From contig OZ241863.1 of NCBI GenBank assembly GCA_965203055.1, positions 1,248,001 to 1,312,000 on the forward strand: DNA of 64,000 nt, read 5' to 3'. The number at the start of each line of letters is the position of its first letter. The first letter of the stretch is position 1. This document shows, in pieces, positions 58,494-64,000 of the stretch. Under the pieces are notes generated by a model. That model had not been told where the DNA came from. It saw only the letters and a list, made by a program, of their open reading frames with translations, and made no database searches. A program made the position numbers and the translations under genes. This stretch comes from Spirochaetia bacterium. GTDB taxonomy: Bacteria; Spirochaetota; Spirochaetia; SZUA-6; Bin103.

Positions 58494-61400
58494 TTACCAG
58501 AGGTACAGGCCGCCGGTCGCGGCGAGCCACAGGCCGCAGGCGGTGACCTTCAGGCCGGCGGCGGAGACGGCGCGGCGGTATTCTTCCACCTGCGGCCGAT
58601 AGCGTTCTTTCAGAAGCTGGACGCCCCGGGGCTCCGGGGCGGGCAGCGCGTCGGTCTTGTAGTCGGCCAGCACCCAGCCGTCCGCTTCCTCGAACGCCAA
58701 GTCCACGAATCCTTCCACGTAGCGGTCGCGGCCTTCGTCGTACCATGCCACCGGCAACTCGCGCAGCACGCGCCGCGCGGCGCGCACCCGCTGCATGGCG
58801 GGACTGTCGATGATGGCGGCGGCGGCGCGGGTCACCTCGTCGATCAGCTCGGGCGAGCCTTGCGCCGCGGCCAGCCGCTGCGCCCAGGCGGCAGCGCTGG
58901 CGGCGTCGCCAAGCGCGCAGCGGCTCAGCACTTCGTGCACCAGCGAGCCGCGGCGCAGTCCCGTCGAGGAGCCCACGAAGGTGACGCCGGCGGCGCCGTC
59001 GGCGGTGGCCAGCGCGCGGTCGGCGTCGCCGAAGCGGGTCAGATCGGTCTCCGGCGCGCTGCGGTCGCGGGGCTCGGTTTCGCGCGGTTCCTTGCGCGCT
59101 TCCGCGGCCAGCAGCGACGGGGAGGTGTATTGCGGTCCCTGCCGAACGCGCTCGCCCCGCTGCGCCCGGCGCTCCTGCCAGCGGGCGGCGAGGTCGGCGG
59201 GAAAGTCGATCGGCACCGGTTTCGGCAGCGGGCGCGGTTCCGGGAGCTCCTGGTCCAGCATGATCCGCCCGCCGCCCGGCGCTTCCCGCAGGCCGCCGTC
59301 GAACACCGCCACCCAGGAGGGCAGCGCCGGGAGATGGACGAACATGCCGGGGCGCTCCTCCGAGCGGAAGGCCGACACCACCAGCAGGTCGCGGGCGCGG
59401 GTGGCGGCCACGTACAGCAGCCGCGCCTGCTCGGCGCGTCCGTAGGCTGCTTCGCGGGCCGCGGCGGCGGCGAAGCCCGGCGTGCGGAAGCGGTTGTCAC
59501 GGCGGCCGACGGCGAACTCGATCACGCCGCGTTCGCGGTCCGCCACCGAGCGCGCCGCATTCTGGTTGGCGCCGGAGCTGAGCTTGGCGAGGATCACTAC
59601 CGGGAACTCCAGCCCCTTGGCGCCGTGCACGGTCATGACGCGTACTACGTCGTCGTCCGTTTCCACCAGGTGCAGGTCGCGCTCGCCGCCGCTTTCGCCC
59701 TGGCGCGAGGCGAGCCAGCGGACGAAGGGGCGCAGCGCGTCCGCCTCGCTGACGGCGAACTCGGCGGCGCGGTCCACGATCGCCCGCAGGTTGGCGGCGC
59801 GTTGCCGTTCGCGGCTGGTAATCAGCAGCGGTTCGGCCAGGAAGTTGTCGCGGATGGCGCGGTCCACCAGAAACGGCAACGTCAACTCGCTCTTGGCCTG
59901 GTACAGGTCCGCCAACCGCCGCAGCGCCGCTCCGATCCGACTGTCCGGGAACTTCGGCGCCAGCAGGCTGAAGCTGCCGTGCTCCAGGCGGTGCTGCAGC
60001 AGCTCGGCGTCGGAGCAGCAGAAGGCCGCGGACTTCAGCGCCGCCACCAGGGAGACCTGATCGCTCGGGTCGTCCACCGCGCGCAGAATCGCGGCCAGAT
60101 CGTTGATCTCCTGATGCTGAAAGAAGTCGCGTCCGCCATCGACGACGTAGGGGATGCCGCGGCGGGCCAATTCCTGCGTATACCCGTCCAGCGCGGTGCG
60201 GGTCTCCACCAGGATGCAGATGTCGCGCAACGCGACGCCGCGCGCGTCCGAGTCGCCCGGCGGCGGCGCGTCGGTCCGCCAGCGCGGATTGGCAGTGAGA
60301 TCGGCGATCAAGCGCGCCACCGCGGTCGCTTCCTCCCGGCGCAGTTCGTTGAGCCTGGCCTCATGCAGGGGCAGCTCGGGATAGAGCAGCGCCACCCGCG
60401 GCCCACCGGCGGCCGCGCGGTAGGCGTGAATCGGCTGGTACTTCGGCTGCGCCCCGGGGAACTGCGGGTCGGGCGTGAGCACCGCGCCGAAGGTGGCGTT
60501 GACCCAGTCCGTGATCTGCGGCAGCGAGCGGAAGTTCTGCGAGATCGTCGCGATGCGCGCGCGGCCCTCCGGCTGCCGCTGGAACACCTGCCGGGCGCGC
60601 AGGTAGGTATCGATGTCGGCGCGCCGGAAACGGTAGATCGATTGCTTCGGATCTCCGACGATGAACAGCTTGCCCGGCTGCAGCGTTACCTCGTGCCAGG
60701 CGCGCGGCCCCGAGCCGCCCGGCCCCCCGCCGCCCGGCGGCGGGGTGTCATCGGCGGCGAGCAGAAACACGATTTCGGCCTGCAGCGGGTCGGTGTCCTG
60801 GAATTCGTCCACCAGCAGAAATCGAAACCGTTCGCGCAGCGCGGCGCGCACCTGCTCATCGCCGGCCACCAGCGCCCGCGCCTCGATCAGCAGGTCGTCG
60901 AAGTTGAGCTTGCCGGCGCGCCGCCGCGCCGCGGCCGCGCTCGTCACGAACGCGCCGAGCGCGGCGCTGAGGCGGTACAGGGCATCGTCGTTGAGGCCCG
61001 CGCGCCACCCGATGAGTCGGTCGCGCGCCGCCTCCTGCAGTTCGCGCATACGCGCCAGCGCCTCGGCCGAGCGCCAGTTGCCGCGGTTGCCCCGTTGCGG
61101 CCGGAAGGCCAAGTCATGCAGCGCCGCCTCCACCAGCGCCGCCCGCAGGTCACCGGCGGCGCGGCCGGCAAGCTGCTCCACCTCCGCCAGCCCGCGCCGC
61201 AGCTCGCGGAAGCTGCGCAGGCAGGCGTCGGCATCGCCGCGGCAGGCGGCGGCGAGTTGGCCGCCCTCCGCGCATAACGCCTGCAGTTCCCGCAGCACCC
61301 GGTCGGCGGCGGGCTGGCGCGCCGCGCTGCCGGACAGCCGCAGCTCGCGGTGCCGGTCCAGGATTTCGGCCACTTCGTGCACCGTATCCAGCGTCATGCC

Positions 61401-61925
61401 CAGCCTCACGCAGCGTTCCACCGCCGCGAGGTGCGCTCCCTCCAGGTTCCAGATCCAGTCGTCCCACTGGTCCCGGAAGTCGACCCGGCTGGTTACTTCG
61501 TCGAGCTGTTGAAAACCGGGGTTGACGCCTGCTTCGAGGGGGAACTCGCGCAGCAGACTGGAAGCAAAGGCGTGGATGGTCTCGACGTGCGCGCTCACCA
61601 GGCCGCGCAGGGCCGCCCGATAGCGGGCGCGCTCCGGCTCGGCGGCGGCCTCCAGCCGCTCGTGCAGGCGGTCCCTGACCCGGGCGCGCAGCTCTCCCGC
61701 CGCCTTCTCGGTGAAGGTAATCACTACCACTTCCTGGATCTCGGCGCCGCCGCGGCGAATGATCTCGACCACGCGGTCGACCAGAATGCGCGTCTTGCCG
61801 GTGCCGGCGCCCGCTTCCAGGAAGAAGCAGGCGGCCAGGTCGGAGGCGGCGGCAGAGCGGATCTCCTGGTCGACCGGCGGCCGGCCGCCGGCCGGCGCGG
61901 CCGCGGCGCGCGGCGGCGGGGTCAT
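58494..61925 (-). CDS. addA: UvrD-type helicase/nuclease AddA
   Basis: AGAGTGKT, TFTEKAA, VDEFQDT, VGDPKQSIYRFR, LYVAATRA, DYKT. Confidence 0.9.
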   Translation of the reverse strand: MTPPPRAAAAPAGGRPPVDQEIRSAAASDLAACFFLEAGAGTGKTRILVDRVVEIIRRGGAEIQEVVVITFTEKAAGELRARVRDRLHERLEAAAEPERARYRAALRGLVSAHVETIHAFASSLLREFPLEAGVNPGFQQLDEVTSRVDFRDQWDDWIWNLEGAHLAAVERCVRLGMTLDTVHEVAEILDRHRELRLSGSAARQPAADRVLRELQALCAEGGQLAAACRGDADACLRSFRELRRGLAEVEQLAGRAAGDLRAALVEAALHDLAFRPQRGNRGNWRSAEALARMRELQEAARDRLIGWRAGLNDDALYRLSAALGAFVTSAAAARRRAGKLNFDDLLIEARALVAGDEQVRAALRERFRFLLVDEFQDTDPLQAEIVFLLAADDTPPPGGGGPGGSGPRAWHEVTLQPGKLFIVGDPKQSIYRFRRADIDTYLRARQVFQRQPEGRARIATISQNFRSLPQITDWVNATFGAVLTPDPQFPGAQPKYQPIHAYRAAAGGPRVALLYPELPLHEARLNELRREEATAVARLIADLTANPRWRTDAPPPGDSDARGVALRDICILVETRTALDGYTQELARRGIPYVVDGGRDFFQHQEINDLAAILRAVDDPSDQVSLVAALKSAAFCCSDAELLQHRLEHGSFSLLAPKFPDSRIGAALRRLADLYQAKSELTLPFLVDRAIRDNFLAEPLLITSRERQRAANLRAIVDRAAEFAVSEADALRPFVRWLASRQGESGGERDLHLVETDDDVVRVMTVHGAKGLEFPVVILAKLSSGANQNAARSVADRERGVIEFAVGRRDNRFRTPGFAAAAAREAAYGRAEQARLLYVAATRARDLLVVSAFRSEERPGMFVHLPALPSWVAVFDGGLREAPGGGRIMLDQELPEPRPLPKPVPIDFPADLAARWQERRAQRGERVRQGPQYTSPSLLAAEARKEPRETEPRDRSAPETDLTRFGDADRALATADGAAGVTFVGSSTGLRRGSLVHEVLSRCALGDAASAAAWAQRLAAAQGSPELIDEVTRAAAAIIDSPAMQRVRAARRVLRELPVAWYDEGRDRYVEGFVDLAFEEADGWVLADYKTDALPAPEPRGVQLLKERYRPQVEEYRRAVSAAGLKVTACGLWLAATGGLYLW

Positions 61926-64000
61926 GGTTGGCGGCCCCGGCCTCGCTGGTCCCGGCCTTGCTGCGCGGGCGCGATACGGCGGAACGGCTCCATGAGCCGG
62001 TCGCTGCCGGCGGACTTGCGCTTCGCATAGTCGGCGACGCGGGTGTGGCACACGTCGCGGTAATCGCACCACCGGCAGTTCGCGCGGCCTTCGCCCGGCT
62101 GGTAGAAGAAGGCGCCGGAGGCGATCGCCTCGGCCATGGCGGCCAATACCTCGCCGAAGCGCGGGTCCGCGGCCAGTTGCGCGCCGCTCAACGGGAGGCG
62201 CCGGTAGGCGGCGCGTTCGCTCACGTAGTGCAGCTCGGCGCTGCATTCGGCCATCTCGGCCTGCTGCAGGTGGGCGGCGGCGTGCAGGTAGACCGGCAAC
62301 TGCAGGGAGCGGCCCGCGCGGTAGCCGATTGCGGAATCGCGCCCGCCGGCGCCGGTCTTGTAATCCACGATGCGCGGGCCGTCGGCGCCGCGGTCGATGC
62401 GGTCGATGCGCCCGGAGAATCGCAGCCGCCGGTGGCCGGCCGCGACCGGCACGCCGCGAAACTCCCGTTCGGCGGCGACCGGCTGCCAGGCGCCGCCGCC
62501 CGCCGCGTCCGGAGCGTCCGATGCGCCGGCCTGCCGCTGCTCCTGCTCCAGATAGGCGGCCAGTTCCTCCTCCACCTGGCGGCGAATCAGGTTCCAGGAG
62601 AGCGGCAGCCCGGTGACGCCGGCCGGCAGCTCGGCGAAGCGCCGCTCCATGATCTGCGCCAGCGCCGCATCGGCGCCGTCCAGAAACTCCGCCCAGGAGG
62701 CGCCGGATGCCGAACCGGCAAGAAACCGCTGCACCAGCTCGTCGAGGATGGCGTGCACCAGGTTGCCGCGCTGCAGGGGCGCGATCTGCAGGGTCTGCTC
62801 CGGCTCGCCGCGGGCGCGGACGCGCAGCACCTGGGAGAGGAAGAAGCGATAGGGACACACCGCGAAGTTCTCCAGCGCGGTGGCGGTCAGATCGCGCTCC
62901 AGGGTGCCGCGGGCGGCTACCAGCGCGGCCGGAACGACGCCGTCGAACGGGCCGAAGCGGCGCGTGCGGCGCTCCGCCTGCTGGGCGCGGACCGCGTCGA
63001 TGGTGGGCCACAGCGGTTCGATCGCGGCCACGGCCGGCTTGCCGCCCGCGCCCTGCTCCAGCACGTGCCAGCGCAGGTCGGATGCATCGAGCGCCCGCAG
63101 CGCGGCATCGGCGCCGGCGCCGGCGAATCCGATGCGCGCCGGCAGGCGCTGATACCAGTCGCCGGCGTTCCGCTCCAGCGCCGCGGCGGAGAGAAAGCCG
63201 CCGGCCAGGTCGCCCACTTCTTCGAGCAGGAAGCTGGAGGGCAGCCGCACGTTGGTCGAGCTGGTGCCGCGCCGCGGGTAGGAGAGGGTGAGGCGTTCGC
63301 CGGCGGCCTGACAGGCCAGCTCGAACAGCAGCCGCTCCTCCTCGAGCCGCTGCCCCTTGAGCGGCAGGTAGCTGGCGTTGCCGGCGCGGCGGTTGAGCTG
63401 CTGCCGCTCGGCGTCCAGCAGCAACGGATCCTGGCGAATGACCGGCGGAAAGGAGCGTTCGGCGCAGCCGGTGACGTATACGCGCCGAAAGCGCACCAGG
63501 CGGGCGCTCATCACGTTGCCGACGAACACCCCGCTGCGCTGGAAGTTGCCGCCGCGCACGCTCGCCTGGCGAATGGCGGTCTCGGCGGCCTGGCGAAACC
63601 GCTCGGCGGTGGCGGCGACGGCGCCGCGGCGGGTGGCGGCCTGGTCGAGTACCGCCAGTTTGCGGATGCGGTCGGCGATCGTCTCCCATTCGTCGCTGCC
63701 GGCCGCCGCCGGCATGAACCGCGCCAACAGCTCCAGAAAGCGGCCGGCATGCTCCTGCCAGGCGGCCGCGGCCAGCGCCTGCTGCGCGGCGCCCGCCAGC
63801 GCGCGCACCACGGCGTGCAACTCGCCCGCCGCGGCCAGCGCTTCCGCGGTGCGCTCCTCGTCGGCGCCGGGCGCGGCCTGGCGGCGGTGAAAGGTTAGCA
63901 CCGAGTCGAACTCCTCCCACCCCTTGACCAGTCCCAGCTCCTTGCTCAGCGCTTCCCAGCGCGCCGGGCGCGGCGTCAGCGGGGGAGCGCCGCCGGCGGC
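61922..64000 (-). CDS. addB: AddB-like PD-(D/E)XK nuclease subunit (5' end outside window)
   Basis: CPYRFF, GRIDRID, DYKTG, LQLPVY, C..C.Y..VC Fe-S motif; coupled to addA. Confidence 0.85.
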   Translation of the reverse strand, partial: AAGGAPPLTPRPARWEALSKELGLVKGWEEFDSVLTFHRRQAAPGADEERTAEALAAAGELHAVVRALAGAAQQALAAAAWQEHAGRFLELLARFMPAAAGSDEWETIADRIRKLAVLDQAATRRGAVAATAERFRQAAETAIRQASVRGGNFQRSGVFVGNVMSARLVRFRRVYVTGCAERSFPPVIRQDPLLLDAERQQLNRRAGNASYLPLKGQRLEEERLLFELACQAAGERLTLSYPRRGTSSTNVRLPSSFLLEEVGDLAGGFLSAAALERNAGDWYQRLPARIGFAGAGADAALRALDASDLRWHVLEQGAGGKPAVAAIEPLWPTIDAVRAQQAERRTRRFGPFDGVVPAALVAARGTLERDLTATALENFAVCPYRFFLSQVLRVRARGEPEQTLQIAPLQRGNLVHAILDELVQRFLAGSASGASWAEFLDGADAALAQIMERRFAELPAGVTGLPLSWNLIRRQVEEELAAYLEQEQRQAGASDAPDAAGGGAWQPVAAEREFRGVPVAAGHRRLRFSGRIDRIDRGADGPRIVDYKTGAGGRDSAIGYRAGRSLQLPVYLHAAAHLQQAEMAECSAELHYVSERAAYRRLPLSGAQLAADPRFGEVLAAMAEAIASGAFFYQPGEGRANCRWCDYRDVCHTRVADYAKRKSAGSDRLMEPFRRIAPAQQGRDQRGRGRQP

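Overview
This is very GC-rich bacterial DNA. The gene content (amidase-GerMN, NusG domain II protein, many PhyH/Gfo/SDR enzymes, Uma2 and Rpn nucleases, arylsulfotransferase) resembles sponge-associated Spirochaetota; that assignment is inference only. Ordinary blocks: a coxG-S-L-M molybdenum hydroxylase operon, xseAB, amidase/GerMN, a sugar ABC transporter, catabolic oxidoreductases, arsR-arsP and addAB. Accessory DNA is interleaved with these. (1) A tandem array of surface lipoprotein genes (27.7-32.7 kb), each with 14 GSGYTSAPTV repeats and a divergent central tip. Each intact gene opens with a TGATG-coupled ATG followed by an in-frame poly-C tract (C14, C17), a candidate phase-variable adhesin cassette system. 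(2) A multicopy HNH-nuclease element (two full copies, two fragments) with a near-consensus leaderless sigma70 promoter, a short direct motif at both ends and an internal array of 14-bp palindromes. (3) An OsmC-like gene with an in-frame UGA and a SECIS-like hairpin (probable selenoprotein). (4) Several defence-like modules and relics: kinase-receiver-MBL, AbiEii-like pair, ABC-ATPase+TOPRIM, tandem Uma2, Rpn, Fic. Several single-base frameshifts, mostly in short homopolymers, may be sequencing errors. No rRNA, tRNA or CRISPR array was recognised. All calls come from reading motifs by eye; no searches were run.
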